A DNA stretch of 64,000 nucleotides from the human T2T-CHM13v2.0 reference genome, Homo sapiens: NCBI RefSeq assembly GCF_009914755.1, contig NC_060937.1; one strand, written 5' to 3'. Positions 47,178-63,739 of the stretch are shown here, one piece after another. The notes under the pieces are model-generated. The model did no database searches, was not told where the DNA came from, and worked only from the letters and a program-made list of their open reading frames with translations. The stretch's first letter is position 1. Each line of letters begins with the position of its first letter. Both the position numbers and the translations under genes were made by a program.

Positions 47178-47669
47178 GATACCCTGATTTTCTTAATAAA
47201 CAGTCATATCACCTGCAAATAAATGATATTGTCCCACGCTTCGTTTCCATTTTTTCCAGCTGAGTACACTGGATAGGATCTCTAGAACAATCTAGAATAA
47301 CAAGGGCATTGGCAATATTCAAGAGGGTTCACGTATGCCCTGAGTAAGACACTGCAGAACTGGCCTTAAGGCCTCTATGGACGGATATAAAAGGAAACGG
47401 GTTTCAAAGGACGATGCTCTAGGGCACTGTGTACTCCATGGAAGACCTCCTGTTCCTCAGCTTTGCTGACATTCACAGTCTCAAATATAGCAACTTTCCT
47501 AACAACCATGTGGAAAAATCCCATCATGTTCTCAACCACTGTTTTTGTCCCAGTCACGAGACATTTAAGACCTCCAGCTCATTCTTTATTCCCCAGACGC
47601 TAATCTCCAAAGAGTTTGGTAAAACACATTTTCTGACCTCATCTCTTACTGTTCCTCATCTCCTTTCAC

Positions 47670-47845
47670 TCTTGCACCATGCCCTCTGGAACTCCACATC
47701 ATCTTCTGTGAAATTTTTGCCTTCTCACTCTGGAACCTAACCTTGTCCTGAAGCCATCATTTTCCCAAGGTCCTTGCAAGAGACATCTGTTTTCTCTCTT
47801 ACAGCCCTACTATCACTAGGCCTGGTGGAAGATTAGGTATCCTGT
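47670..47845 (+). mobile_element. L2 internal (ORF2 5' region) fragment
   Basis: ccatgccctctggaactc...ctgttttctctcttacagccctactatcactaggcctggtggaagattaggtatcc resembles upstream L2 consensus. Confidence 0.5.
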
Positions 47846-47849
47846 GTTC

Positions 47850-48080
47850 TGGAATAGTTTGAATAACATAGGAATTATAATTTTTTACAATTAATTTATA
47901 TATAGAATAGCCTATAAATCTCTCAGTACTTAACATGCTTCTAGTTGTAAATCTTTAACAACCTTTTCAATGTTTCTGTGTTGCCCGTCTATTCATATTT
48001 CATTCTCCTTGAATAAATCTTGCTAATTCATTTTTTTTTAGGAAAGTTTCAATTTTATCCAGATTTTCAGATTGTTTAAT
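47850..48080 (-). mobile_element. Old L1M ORF2 fragment
   Basis: tctggaatagtttgaataacataggaatta; ggaaagtttcaattttatccagattttcag. Confidence 0.55.
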
Positions 48081-48115
48081 AAACAACCCCAACTCATTAA
48101 AAGTTATGTTCTTTA

Positions 48116-48401
48116 GGCCAGGTGTGGTAGCTCATGCCTGTAGTTCCACTACGTTGGGTAGGCGAAGGCAGGGGGATAACTTGAGCCCAGGAGTTCGAGA
48201 CCAGCCTGGCCAATACAGTGAAATCCTGTCTCTACTAAAAAGGTACAAAAATAGGCGGGGTGTGGTGGTGCATGCCTGTAATCCCAGCTACTTGGAGACT
48301 GAGGCATGAGAATAGCCTGAATTGGGGAGGCGGAGGTTGCAGTGTGCCAAGATCCTGCCACTGGACTCCATCCAGCCTGAGTTACAGAGCCAGACCCTGT
48401 C

Positions 48402-48418
<17 letters not shown>
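48116..48418 (+). mobile_element. AluJb/Sx-like
   Basis: Full dimer; TSD-like atgttcttt after the microsatellite tail. Confidence 0.9.
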
Positions 48419-48447
<29 letters not shown>

Positions 48448-48505
48448 TATATATACACACATATATACACACACACACACATATATATACACATATATAT
48501 ATATA
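48418..48505. repeat. Compound (TA)n/(CA)n microsatellite
   Basis: Directly visible; grown out of the Alu tail. Confidence 0.95.
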
Positions 48506-48539
48506 AAATGTTCTTTGAGTGTAGCATCATTGGTTTCCC

Positions 48540-48907
<368 letters not shown>

Positions 48908-49264
48908 TAAAATTGAATTGTTTTGCTTTATATACCTGATGGAGAAATAGAAGCACTGAGGTCTGTGAAGGCACATTTATTGAGGGAGGGGATTGTGGCC
49001 TATTTCTTTGACTTGGCTTATCACATGTGTTAGATGCATTGAACACTCAAAAGGGGACTATATTGACTGTGCCAGATGGAATGAGAATTTCTTTGTTTCC
49101 TGCATAGGTTAGTTGGGTGTAAATCTAGGTACCTCACTTATCTCCTTTATCTTTCCTGTACTACCTACGTTGAGTATACCTATATATCTGTTTAAATCTT
49201 GGACAATCCAATATTCTGAAAGCATTAAAACAGGAGTACTTAGCCCTACTATTATATTAAGGCA

Positions 49265-49400
49265 TTAAACCAATTAAATTGAGACCCTACTATGGACAAA
49301 ATGCTTTACTATACTGAGAAATATAAAGAAAAATGAGACATGGTCTTTGCCATCCAAGAACTGACAATCCAATTGGGAAAACTTGTGTTGAAGAAGCTCC
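49265..49400 (-). mobile_element. L2 fragment
   Basis: ttgagaccctactatg...gacatggtctttgccatccaagaactgacaatc. Confidence 0.55.
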
Positions 49401-49425
49401 AATAAAAGTTTACAAAAAAATTACT

Positions 49426-49748
<323 letters not shown>

Positions 49749-50199
49749 CTATTCAATGTCGATCCAGTCAGTTTTCATATACCCAGTGCTATACTGGACA
49801 TTATTTGTACAAAGACTAGTGGTCCTCAAGAAGCTAATGATTGAGCAGAGAATCTCAGATATATAAAATTTGTTACACTCTGATGTAATTTATTCATCTC
49901 TGTGATGAATAAAATGCCACATGAGAGTCCAAAAGAAAGTTGTGTCTGGGTAAGGAAATGAGTGGCTGAGAAGATGATGATAAATTTAACTAACACAGGA
50001 AATGCAGGCAAAATAGCTCATTTTAGTGGGATGCTCATTTTAGCTGTTGGAGCTGAAGATTACATTTTGAAATCAGTTTCACTTTAGTAATAACTAAAAC
50101 ACTGGGGACAAATGCCCTGGCCCGGGGAAAGAATCTGTAGTAAGTTAAGATTAAAAAAAAAATCAGGCTAGAATCACGGGAAAAATTCAAGATGTGCTA

Positions 50200-50570
50200 A
50201 AGTTCAAAACGGGTGCTGTGAGAGTTTAAGGAAGGCAAAGTTTAATTCTTTCTGAGATCATCAGGGAAGGTATTTTGGAGGAAGTGAGATTTACAATGGA
50301 ATTTAAAAGTGCAGATGAGGAGAGTATAATATTAAAGAAGATGGAAATTCCAGATCTAGAGAACTATTTGAATAATAGTTGATGAATGCTGCTTCAGAAA
50401 TGTAGTTTATTCATAAGAAGAGTAAAGTTGAGGAGAGATGGAGAGAAATTGTACAATGATTGTAAAGCTGGTTATTTCAAGGTGTCAACTAGTAGGGGAT
50501 ATGTTTGGCTATAGAAGAATTTTGAGCAGGAGAGTTTCAGAATCAGCTGTGAGTTTCAGAAAGCTTGTGG
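50200..50570 (-). mobile_element. L2 fragment
   Basis: atcagggaaggtattttggaggaagtgagattt; gaattttgagcaggagag. Confidence 0.55.
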
Positions 50571-52243
50571 AAAGCTCTCTGTGGAAAAGTAAGGCGCTCT
50601 ATCCTTTTCCAGGCCAGATCTCCAAATGGCCCTTTTGTTAGGGAACCAGGGAGAAATCTCTGTCTTTCCTGGGCGGAAAAAGGAGATGGAAGGATATTTT
50701 TTCTTTCTCCAAGATCCTAGGTAATCTTTAACTCAGACCCCTATCTGACCCATAAACTAAAGAAATAGACTGATTAATCATCTAATTATGAAAAATCTGG
50801 CTTTTAACTTGAGCAAATTTATAAACTAGTTATGACAGCCTTTCAGAAGAAAAATATCTTTCATCATCCCTGTAACTTAAAGAACAGAGTCTTAAATTGT
50901 ATATTATTTATAACGTTGGCAATTGGAAATTGTTCAAAAGTTTGTCACTGAAGAATAAATTATTTGTGACTTTATAATTATTTACATTTCAGAAATGATA
51001 TATTTGTTCTTACAAGTAGAAAAAAATGATTTTTTTATCTATGAAATTCTGTAGCTTCCTTTATTTACATACCTCAGTGATTTATGAAACCATCTTTATG
51101 CTGTTTTATTTAAAAAAAAGAAGAAGAAGAAGAAGAAATGCTTAAGAATTGTTATTCCTGGAAATAGTTCTGTTTATGCATGGCTATTAAGTTTTAAAAA
51201 ATCAATTTAAAGAGGATCTTCCATTATATTTTACTTTTCATTTCATATTTTACATTTTTTTTCCTGAAACACTAACATGGAAATGCTTTCGGTTGTAAAT
51301 TTCCAGGGGAATATAGAAATGGTATTATTGAAAAGCATAAAGAAGATTAAAAAGAACCAGGAGAGATGCAAATGACATTTCAAATAAGGATGTTGAAAGT
51401 TTCTTCATGTCATTTGTTATTTGCAGGAAGGGTGAGAAGTTTTGCTAGATAATGTTGACAATTGTTTAGAAAACTTTCTACAGGAATTGGAAGGACACGT
51501 GACTTTCCCATGAGGAAAAGAGAGCAGGTATTTCGCTGGGCCGACTTTAACCTTAAGTACCAGAGACAGAAATGAAACTTACTCTTCTGAGAGAGTTAGC
51601 AGTGGTGTTCAACGTTTTACAAACTCTCCCCGGAGTCTGTTGCTAAATTTGTGCCCAGCAACGTTCATACCTTATTCATGTTCCATAAAAGAGAGGTCAA
51701 GGGATGTTAGAGTTTGTTGATTTTAACAGCCTGAGAATTTGAGTCCAGTGGGATTAAAATCCCCTCTCACTTCCTTTATGAAACCACTGTGCTATTATTT
51801 GAATAAGTTGTCTGGGTATCTTTTTGATTTCTGTGAGGCACTATAGTAAGGAGAGATGCCATGATGAGAATCAGAACTCACGTATTAAGCACACGTTGTC
51901 TCTGGACATAGACCAGACAGTGGGGGTTTCTATCAGCCAACTTGAACTTAATATTCATGACACAGGCAGCAGAACAACATTAAGACAAGATATACATAAT
52001 CAGAAAGGCAGTTTTCCTAAACTGTGTTTTGATAAATGTTCATATATGTTCCTTGAAAATAAACAGGTAAAATATCCATTTAAAGTACAAGATGGATTAA
52101 TAGATTTTCTTGTAATTAAGTATGAAAAGTTCATTGATATGATTTTGGATTCTATATTTCAAGTAACCCTTAAGAAACTACCAGATGCTAAATTTTGGTA
52201 TAGTACTACAGAATACCCACAATTTTCTGAAAATGTTATTTAG

Positions 52244-52573
<330 letters not shown>

Positions 52574-52796
52574 TAATACCAGATTTTCTTCAACTACTTC
52601 AACCAAAACAACATTTCACAAGACTGCAATAGCAGATGGGAGTATTCAACTATCTACTTTTAAGCCAGACATTAAAGTGATTTGCAGAAACGTAAAACAA
52701 TGCTACTGTTTTCATTGATTTTTGTTTGTTTTTTAAAAGCTTTCATAAAAATATGTTATGTATATTAACATGTTAGGGTATATTTATTATAGCTGT

Positions 52797-53115
52797 TTTA
52801 TTTTATTTATCTATTTTTATTTTATTTATTTTTTTAAACAGGATCTCGCTCTGTCATCCAGGCTGGAGTGCAGTGGTGTGATTACAGTTCACTACAGCCT
52901 TGACTTCCCAGGTTCCAACAATCCTGCCACCTCAGCCTCCCGAGTAGCTGGGACTACAGGTGCATGCTACTACACCCGGCTCATTTTTATATTTTTACTG
53001 GATGTGGGGTTTCACCACATTTCCCAGGCTGGTCTCGAACTTCTTGGCTGAAGTGATCTGCCAGCCTCAGCCTCCCAAAGTGCTGAGATTGCAGATGTCA
53101 GCCATCGAATCTGGC
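52797..53115 (-). mobile_element. AluJ
   Basis: J-type; TSD tagct(g/a)tttta. Confidence 0.9.
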
Positions 53116-53671
53116 TGTAGCTATTTTAAATTAATTAATTAATTAATAGTTTATAAATGTTAAAAATGGCTCTTAGGGTCAAATGCACTTGAGAAATGAA
53201 GATAGAATATTGAATGTCTTCAAATAAGTCTCAATTGTATTAACAGTACAGGAACAAATTTGTTCTTACTGCAAATAATAAAACCACCATCATTGAATAT
53301 ACCTGATTTTTAAATTAATTTAATGTTTTATGATACAGTGATTTAAAATTTTGATTCTAGATTTACTTAATATTGATAATTGGTTTGGCAGCTCTAAATG
53401 TTGGAAAAAAGAAATGTCCCAATTATATATATAAAATAACACTTTAGGTGTGTTTCATTGCTAACAATAGTAAATATTTCACATATCTCCCTTCACCCCC
53501 ATTTCCTCTCAGACTGATCTTTTTCCCTCGTATTATGATTGATAATGAACTTCAACTTGGAATAGGAATATCAACTCTGTCATTTTCTTACTTCTCACCT
53601 GTCCTTACACTATTAGAATTACAATTTTTGGTCTTTATTTAGACTGTGAGTGTGAGGCTAAGGTCGGTTTA

Positions 53672-54878
<1,207 letters not shown>

Positions 54879-55041
54879 TAAGATACAAAATAGGTATGTT
54901 CTTTCTATATGCCTATGGTTCCTTGTACATACCTTTCAGAGGCACACCTCATTTTATAAATAATTCCTCTAGACCATTCAGGCTAAAAGAGAAAATCTGG
55001 TCAGAAATATAAGCTTCAATAAAAACAAACAAAATAAACAA

Positions 55042-55336
55042 TTTTTTTTTTTTTGAGAAGGAGTCTTGCTCTGTTGCCGGCTGGAGTACAGTGGTGCAAT
55101 CCTGCCTGGCTCACTGCAACCTCCACTTCCCAGGTTCAAGTGACTCTCCTGCCTCAGCCTCCTGAGTAGCTGAGATTACAGGCATGTGCCACCACGCCCG
55201 GCTAATTTTTGTATTTTTAGTAGAGACGGCGTTTTCACCATGTTGGCCAGGATTGTCTCGATCTTTCGACCTTGTGATCCATGCACCTTGGCCTCCCAAA
55301 GTGCTGGGATTACAGGTGTGAGCCACCACGCCCGGC
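55042..55336 (-). mobile_element. AluSc-like
   Basis: ggccaggattgtctcgatctttcgaccttgtgat; flanks ataaacaatttt / ataaacataatttt. Confidence 0.92.
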
Positions 55337-55422
55337 ATAAACATAATTTTTGACTGATGAGGAAAACAATTTTATTACCTCTTGAAAATTAACAGCACTT
55401 CTGAATCATAAAAAGTGTTTTT

Positions 55423-55715
55423 GGCTGGGTGCGATGGCTCACGCCTGTAATCCCAGCACTTTTGGAGGCCAAGATGGGTGGCTCACTTGAGGCCAGGACT
55501 GCAAGACCAGCCTGTTCAAAGCCCCATCGCTACTAAAAATACAAACATTAGCTGGGTGTGGTGGCTCGGGCCTGTAGACCCAGCTACTTGGGAGACTGAG
55601 GCAGAGAATTGTTTGAACCTGGGAGGTAGAGGTTGCAGTGAGCCAAGATCACTCCACTGCACTCCATCCTGGGCGACAAGGCGAGACCCTGTCTCGTAAC
55701 AAAAAAAAAAAAAAA
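55423..55715 (+). mobile_element. AluSx/Sz-like
   Basis: Full dimer with small deletion and poly-A. Confidence 0.9.
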
Positions 55716-56049
55716 TTATGCAATATAAGTATATTTTCTAAGTAAGAACTATTCACTTGAGCAAATGTTATTTAAATTTACAATCAGCCTATCTTTACCC
55801 TTCTTTTAATCGTACATATAAATCTGGTGTAATGAACTCCATAGGACATTTCTTCACTGTGTATTGAAAATTGAGTTTCCTGTGTTCACAGAGAGCACAG
55901 AGGGTTGAGAGTACTTTTGGAATGATGGCAGTGGTTAAAAAAATAGAAGAATTGCTTCTTGGTGACTAGATAGAAAAACGATACAAGAGTTTAGCTATTG
56001 CCAAATTCTACTTTTTTTTTTTCCTTTACTAAAATCAAAACCCATTATT

Positions 56050-56200
56050 GCTGGAAAGGACTTTAGTGACCATGTAGGGCTAATCCAATTCTCCTACTTC
56101 ACAGGAGGCAAAAATGAATTAAACGGCTTGCCTGCTGTTACACAGAGTGGCAGAATCAGGATCAGAATCCAGTTTTCCTCAATGTCAGTCCCTGTAATCC
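56050..56200 (-). mobile_element. MIR3/MIRc-like fragment
   Basis: gctggaaaggactttagtgaccat...ttacacagagtggcagaatcaggatcagaatccag. Confidence 0.55.
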
Positions 56201-56357
56201 ACATTCTGTCACTGAGGAAGACTGCCCCACAAGTGCCCTTTTTACAGAGTAATAGTCCTGCAACCAAGGTGCAAACAAAGTACTTGTGCCAGCTCTGTTG
56301 TATAAGGCACGCTTCCTTGAGGTGACATTTATTGTCCAGAAATTTTATCTGTAAGCA

Positions 56358-57177
<820 letters not shown>

Positions 57178-57734
57178 TCAATCGTCTTGATGGAACATGG
57201 CAAGGTCCTGGCCCCAAGTATAGGGGAACATTCTATTAGAAATGCTTCATTTGTTTTTTTAGGCCATACCATGATGATTACATCACAGAAAGGGAAAGGC
57301 TCTCATCAACTGGATTTTGCAGAGACTATGCAGAATATTAGGGTTGTTAGAGCTTGGAGATCCTTTATCACAGTGATCAGACCTAAGTTAATGCTGATGT
57401 CCTCAGCATCTCAAAACCTGCTTTCCGAGGTCCACCCAGAGTTTGGTCACAGTTTTCTTCTTGGTAGCTGACCCACTCAGGGAAATGCTGGTCACTCTGG
57501 GAGAGGGAGAAACAATGAGTCCTAAAAAGAGGTAACATTACAGTCCTTCCTTCTGAGCAGGATGAAAGGGGCACTCTAGTGGGAAGAGAATTAAAAGACA
57601 ACTAACTATTCAGCCAGTGCCTTGTTTAACCAGAAATCAAAAGCTGACGCACCAAAACCATGGGTATCATGAGAAGCACAGGCTGTCATTTCAGAGGTGA
57701 ATATGATTGGGAGAAAAGTGGGAGATATAAAGGA

Positions 57735-57970
57735 AGTAACATTTATCAACCAGCCACCATGAGCTAGGTGCCGCCCTTGAAAATGCATGCATCTTATCAC
57801 AAATTCTTATAAAACTTGAGAGGTAAGTATTACTTTCCCTTACCATAAGGGTGAAGAAAGCCAGAGAGGTTAAGACACTCACCCAAAGTCACATGGTTTT
57901 CATATGTTAGAGCAGGGCTCAAATTAGGCTATCTCAGACTCCAAAGTTCATGTTCTTTCCAGGACACAGC
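57735..57970 (-). mobile_element. MIR (MIRb-like), near full length
   Basis: aacatttat...gagaggtaagtattact...cagagaggttaagacactcacccaaagtcaca...cagactccaaag. Confidence 0.75.
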
Positions 57971-58486
57971 ACCAGTGAATAAGTAGAATAAATAAATAAA
58001 TGTGACTATTTATTTTTATAGGAAATTACTCCCTTAGTAAAATAAACAAATAAACCAATAAATAAAATGAGTCAGAGGATTCTTAGTTATAGGTGAGCTC
58101 CCTACCCACACATATATTCCCAGCAAAGGATCAACCTACACTGATGATGTTGACATAATCTATGACAAAACCTAAATATAATTTGTTCTTGTTCCACATG
58201 GAAAAGTGAAAGTGAGGAATCACTCAGTGAAGAAGAGAAGGGAAGAGAACTAGGCATCTGGCCCTTCCTTCCTAGATGCCTTCTTAGGCATGGGCTAAGA
58301 TACCTGGTAGGGTCACGTTACCTCATGCTTAGAGCAGAGGCTGCCACACAGGTATTTCCAGCATATTCTGCTCTGAAAGAGATCCTCTAGAAATTTGTTT
58401 TAAAAATTTGGAGGTGATTTTTTTCTGTGTCAAAGCTTTTTCTTTCAGCGATTGTGATTATACTACATTTAAAAATGAATAACTAT

Positions 58487-58800
58487 GCCAGGCAGGGTGG
58501 CTCACACTTGTAATCCCAGAACTTTGGGAGGCTGAGGGAGAATCATTTGAGTCCAGGAGTTCAAAACCAGCCTGGGCAACAAAGTAAAATCCTGTCTCTA
58601 CAAAGAAAAGAAAAGAAAAATTAGTCAGTGATGGTGGTGTGCACTTGTAGTCCCAGCTACTTGGGAGGCTGAGATGGGAGGGTTGCTTCAGCCAGGGAGG
58701 TTGAGGCTGCAGAGTCTTTTTTGTACCAGTGCACTCCAGCCTAGGCGACAGAGTGAGACCCTGTCACTAAAACAAAAACAAAAAAGGAAGAAATAAACAA
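58487..58800 (+). mobile_element. AluJ
   Basis: ggagggttgcttcagcc and ggttgaggctgcag. Confidence 0.9.
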
Positions 58801-60661
58801 AATTTTCTCCTCTATATAAATTCTCCATGTTTTTAATGCCTGTGAAATAAACAAGGGCCAAAGATTCCAGGCAATGACTGTAGAACTAGTGCTAACTCAC
58901 ATTTGTAGAGAAAGGGACACACACAAAAAAAATCTCAAAACTCAGTTGCCCTATTTAATGAATTACGCAATTAAACTCGAAATTGATAAGATGGACCTTC
59001 AGGCAAACCAAGTCTATTACTTAGTTACTCTACTCCCATTTTCTTCTCTACTTTGGTTTAAAATAATACCTAGCATGCTGCAAGACGTGAGATCTCTGGC
59101 AAAAGAAGGCAAGGTAACGAGAAGGCAGGATCAGACTGACATCAATTCCTCTCAGCCCTGTCCAAGAACCACTGGGCAGGAAGAATCTGAGTTCTTGAAT
59201 TCTGTTACAGTGGCTGAGATCAGTCTTTCAATGTGTCTAAATGGGAGATAAATCATTGTTAACTTAAAATGCAACATGGTGATTTAGCATGATTTTAATT
59301 GGATTTGGGCAATAAAAATACCCTTTGCTACTAAAAAAGAAAGGCAAAATTTGAAAATGGTGGTTATGTAACCTCTTTATGGCAAAAGAGCAGTCTTTTG
59401 AAAGATTGTCCTTCTCACAATAGAAGCTGATTTTATATTCCTAATGAGGCATGGGAGACACAATCTATTCTTGAAACGTTTCAGCTCTCTTCAGTGTTCC
59501 TTATTTAATTAGAATTGCTCCCTATACTAATCTCCCTAGCTAGCAATCTAATAGCCATTAGCAGAATTTATTTACTGTTTAAATTGCTACTTAAAGTTTA
59601 GGCTTGCTTCCAAGGATTTAAGCAGGTAACTAAGAGAAGGTTTTTGCCTTTTAAGTCAAATCCTTGCCTCATTTCTTCCTTCAAATTATGCATAAGAAAA
59701 TCCCTGTAAAAACAAATCAATAAAATCATAGCCCTAGCAAAGGAGACTTGTTTATTTTTTTGGGTGGGGGCAGGGGAGATGAGGAGTGAGGGTGCAAGCA
59801 GATAGTAATTATATATATCTGAATGCACCTGCAAATCTGTAGAATTTGGAAATGTTTATGTATTTTTTTTCTTTTTTTGGTAAGTGCATTTACAGATGTG
59901 AATCTTAGAGTTTCATACTATGTGAGAGAGCCAACATATGAAAACAATTAAAACAAATCTACCACACTTACCAGGTTAGCATCTTTTACTTTCCTAAATG
60001 AGAGAAAAGAAAGTTATAGAAGTAACCAACCTAGAATTTGGGAGGTTCATAATGATAATTCCAGTACATTCCTGGGGAAATCTTACATTAGCCAGTTCTA
60101 TGGAATTCAAATAGAATGTAAAATTTAGTATTAATAGTTTGGTTTTTAAATTCCCATCTCTTTTTCTATTTTTAGATTAATCTAATTAGAACAGCCATAA
60201 AATAATTACATTCCATAGTTATTAGGAATAGGCATATCAATGAAAATAAAATGATACATTCCTAAATGATAGTTGACCAGGGAATTAAATGGCAAACTTT
60301 GTGTAAAACATTAAATAAATTGTTCTTAAATTTAAAGAACTTGAGAAAACTCCCATAGATTGTTCAACTACTTTGTCACTTGTGATTCATTAAAATGCAA
60401 CACACAGAAGGGATAGGAAATATATTTTCATAGATCTCCTTTTAGATATGTTTCCAAATCAAGCAATTTATGTATCAAAAATGAGAAGGTTTATGTATTC
60501 TTTCATTAATTTATAGGATTAGAATTGCTGAGAAGTAATTGGATATGACCTACTACTAATCACTGACTTGAAAGAATAGTAACAATGCTGCTGACAATTC
60601 CAACAACCAAAATCATAGTAGAACTCATACAAGAAGATAGCTTAGCTTAGAATAGCCTAAA

Positions 60662-60978
60662 TTTTATTATTATTTTTTTGTTTGTTTGTTTGTTTGTTTG
60701 TTTTACAGTTTCACTCTGTCACCCAGACTGGAGTTGCAGTGTTGTGACCTTGGCTCACTGCAACCTCTGCCTCCTGGATTCAAGCGATTCTTGCTCCTAA
60801 GCCTCCTAAGTAGCTGGGATTACAGGTGTGCACCACCATGCCTGGCTAATTTTTGTATTATTAATAGAAACGGGGTTCACCATGTTGGCCAGGATGGTCT
60901 CTAACTCCTGACCTCAGGTGATCTGTCTGCCTTGGCCTCCCAAAGTGCTGGGATTACAAGCATCCTTCGTGCCCAGCC
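60662..60978 (-). mobile_element. AluSx-like with (TTTG)n tail
   Basis: TSD tagaata(g/a)cc(t/c)aa. Confidence 0.92.
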
Positions 60979-61119
60979 TAGAATAACCCAATTTTAAATA
61001 GTACATGGTTGCCCAGGTATAAAAATGACAGGACAGAAATATCATCAGGTAACCAAGAATGCATTTAAGAAATATTTATCTGTAAGCAGAGATAGAAGGA
61101 AACAACTATAATACAATCA

Positions 61120-61300
61120 GAATATTGGTCTTGGAATCAAAAGTCGGCTTCAATCAAAATATTTTCATTTGCATGCTATGTGATTTGGAGCAATTCTGTC
61201 ATCTACAGAAACTCCAATTTCCTCTTATGTAAAATAGGCATATTAGTATCTGTCTTAATTCATCTCAGGGCTGTGAAGATCAAAAGTCAAAATGAGACAA
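61120..61300 (+). mobile_element. MIR
   Basis: ctatgtgatttggagcaa...aatttcctcttatgtaaaatagg...ctcagggctgtgaagatcaaa. Confidence 0.7.
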
Positions 61301-61302
61301 TG

Positions 61303-61601
61303 GGGCAGACATAGTGGCTCATGCATGTAATCCCAGCACTTTGGGAAGCCGAGGTGGGCAGACCATTTGATCTTAGGAGATGAAGTCCAGCCTAGGCAAC
61401 ATGGCAAAGCCCTGTCTTTACAAAAAATACAAAAATTAATTGGGCATGGTGGCACATGGCCTGTAGTTCCAGCTACTTTGGAAGCTGAGGCAAGAGGATC
61501 ACTTCAGCCCAGGAGTTTGAGGCTACAGTGAGGTGACATCACGCCACTGCACTCCAGCCTGGGACAACAGAGTAAGACTCTGTTTCAAGAAAAAAAAAAA
61601 A
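61303..61601 (+). mobile_element. AluJb
   Basis: gaggatcacttcagcccaggagtttgaggctacag. Confidence 0.9.
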
Positions 61602-61844
61602 GATAAAGCTACAAGTCAATAGTATGGTACTATGGCATAAAATGTAAAGAATTGCTATGATTCATACAAATGTAGCCTCAATTTTCATGTTAAGATCTGA
61701 GACTAGAGCTCAGGAATAAGATAGAGCAAGGGTACATTGATATCCAATGAGGGTTAATCTTAGATGGTTTTATTTATATCCTGCTTCACCCTACAATGAA
61801 AGTAAAGTGGCTGTCAACCAAAGCTGCCATTTATATAGTGCTGT

Positions 61845-62075
61845 GTTCATTGGCATGTACTCATGCCACAAACATTAAAGGCACGTGCTAGATGCTGGGG
61901 ATAAAATGTCCCTTGTCCTGCAGAGGAATATACAAACCAACTTAAAGAAGATAGTGGTAATATAACATAGTTTTAATTATGAGACGTCCTATGAGAAAGT
62001 ATTTTTAATCCCTCTTTTATATATGAGTAAACTGATGCTCGGGAAAGTTAAGAAACAACCCCAAGGCTATTCAAT
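61845..62075 (-). mobile_element. L2 and MIR fragments
   Basis: gtgctagatgctggggataaaa (L2); atccctcttttatatatgagtaaactgatgctcgggaaagttaag (MIR core). Confidence 0.5.
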
Positions 62076-62372
62076 AAATGGAGGTGCCAGTGTGAGATGC
62101 CATCTATAAAGTTTCAAAGTCAGTTGACTTAGGCTATTATATTTGTATTGTATCAAATCAAAAATTGTTGGTGCTTTTTAAGAAATCCCTCTAAAGCTCT
62201 AATAGATAGTATATAAGCTTTCAGAAAAAAGTATATTCAATATGCTTGAATATGGTTTTCTGTTTAATACAAGAGGCTTAGTGTTCCAATTTGCTAAAGT
62301 CTCACCCACTTGTCATCATCAGGCAGCTAATTCATAATGTCTTGGTAAATCTAAAGAGATAGAAAATCATAA

Positions 62373-62615
<243 letters not shown>

Positions 62616-62649
62616 TAAGAACCAAGTATTTCCCTATATCCCTGCTTCC

Positions 62650-62893
62650 TGTGATGATTAATTTTTTGTGGCAACTTAGTTGGGCCATGGTACCCAGATA
62701 TTTAGTCAAACATTAAACATATTGGATGTTTCTGTGAGAGGGTGTCTGTGGATGATTTAAATTGGTGAACTTTAAGCAAAGCAGACTGCCTTCCATAATG
62801 TAGCAGATCCTCATTCAATCAGTTGAAGCTTTACTAGAACAAAGACTAAACTCCCCTGAGCAAAGAGGAATGCTGACAGCAGACACTTTTGGT
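62650..62893 (+). mobile_element. MLT2 (ERVL) LTR 5' part
   Basis: tgtgatgattaattt...cccagatatttagtcaaacatt...ggatgtttctgtgag...aaagcagactgccttccataatg...caatcagttgaag. Confidence 0.85.
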
Positions 62894-62894
62894 C

Positions 62895-63209
<315 letters not shown>

Positions 63210-63459
63210 TAAAACCTTACCATCAGTTCAGTAGAAGCATAGATGTGTAAGTAAGAGCAGTAACATGATACAGGTGCCCCACCCAAATGACAATGAATCC
63301 AGTACTTTAGAGAAGAAAGGAGGGAGAGGTAAGTTTTTCTTCAACTAGTTCTTGCATTTCTAATTCATTCCACCAAAACAATCATCTGAGTTTTTCAAAA
63401 TAGCTACTTCCTCATATGCTTCCTTACTTAGATGCCATCAGTATATCTTTACTCTCTAT

Positions 63460-63738
63460 TGAATTCATCCATTCATTTATTCATCAAATAGTTATTGAGC
63501 TTCTCCTATGTTCCAGGTGATGGGCATGGTCCTGGGAATCCAGACGTAAATCAAATAATAAAGGTCTAATGGAGACAAAGACATTACACAAATAATCACA
63601 CTGATAATTAAACTTCATTGCTAATATGTGCCATGAAAGAAAAAGACTGAAGATGATGACAGAAAAACACGAAGGATTTTATCTAATCTGGACTAGGGGT
63701 TGGAAGCAGTTTTCCAGGGGAAATGGTATTTTTACTGA
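63460..63738 (-). mobile_element. L2 3' end
   Basis: ttcatccattcatttattcatcaaatagttattgagcttctcctatgttccagg. Confidence 0.75.
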
Positions 63739-63739
63739 G

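Noticed and set aside
51412-51440. Possible 5-nt microexon (ttatttgcag GAAGG gtgaga)
   Set aside because: Such motif pairs arise by chance; there is no supporting context.
51824-52243. 139-aa ORF as a domesticated transposase
   Set aside because: Only a short C-terminal Charlie fragment, with a non-ATG start, frameshifted and interrupted by an AluY.
58252-58281. 8-bp inverted repeat aggcatct/agatgcct
   Set aside because: Too short to exceed chance in 64 kb.
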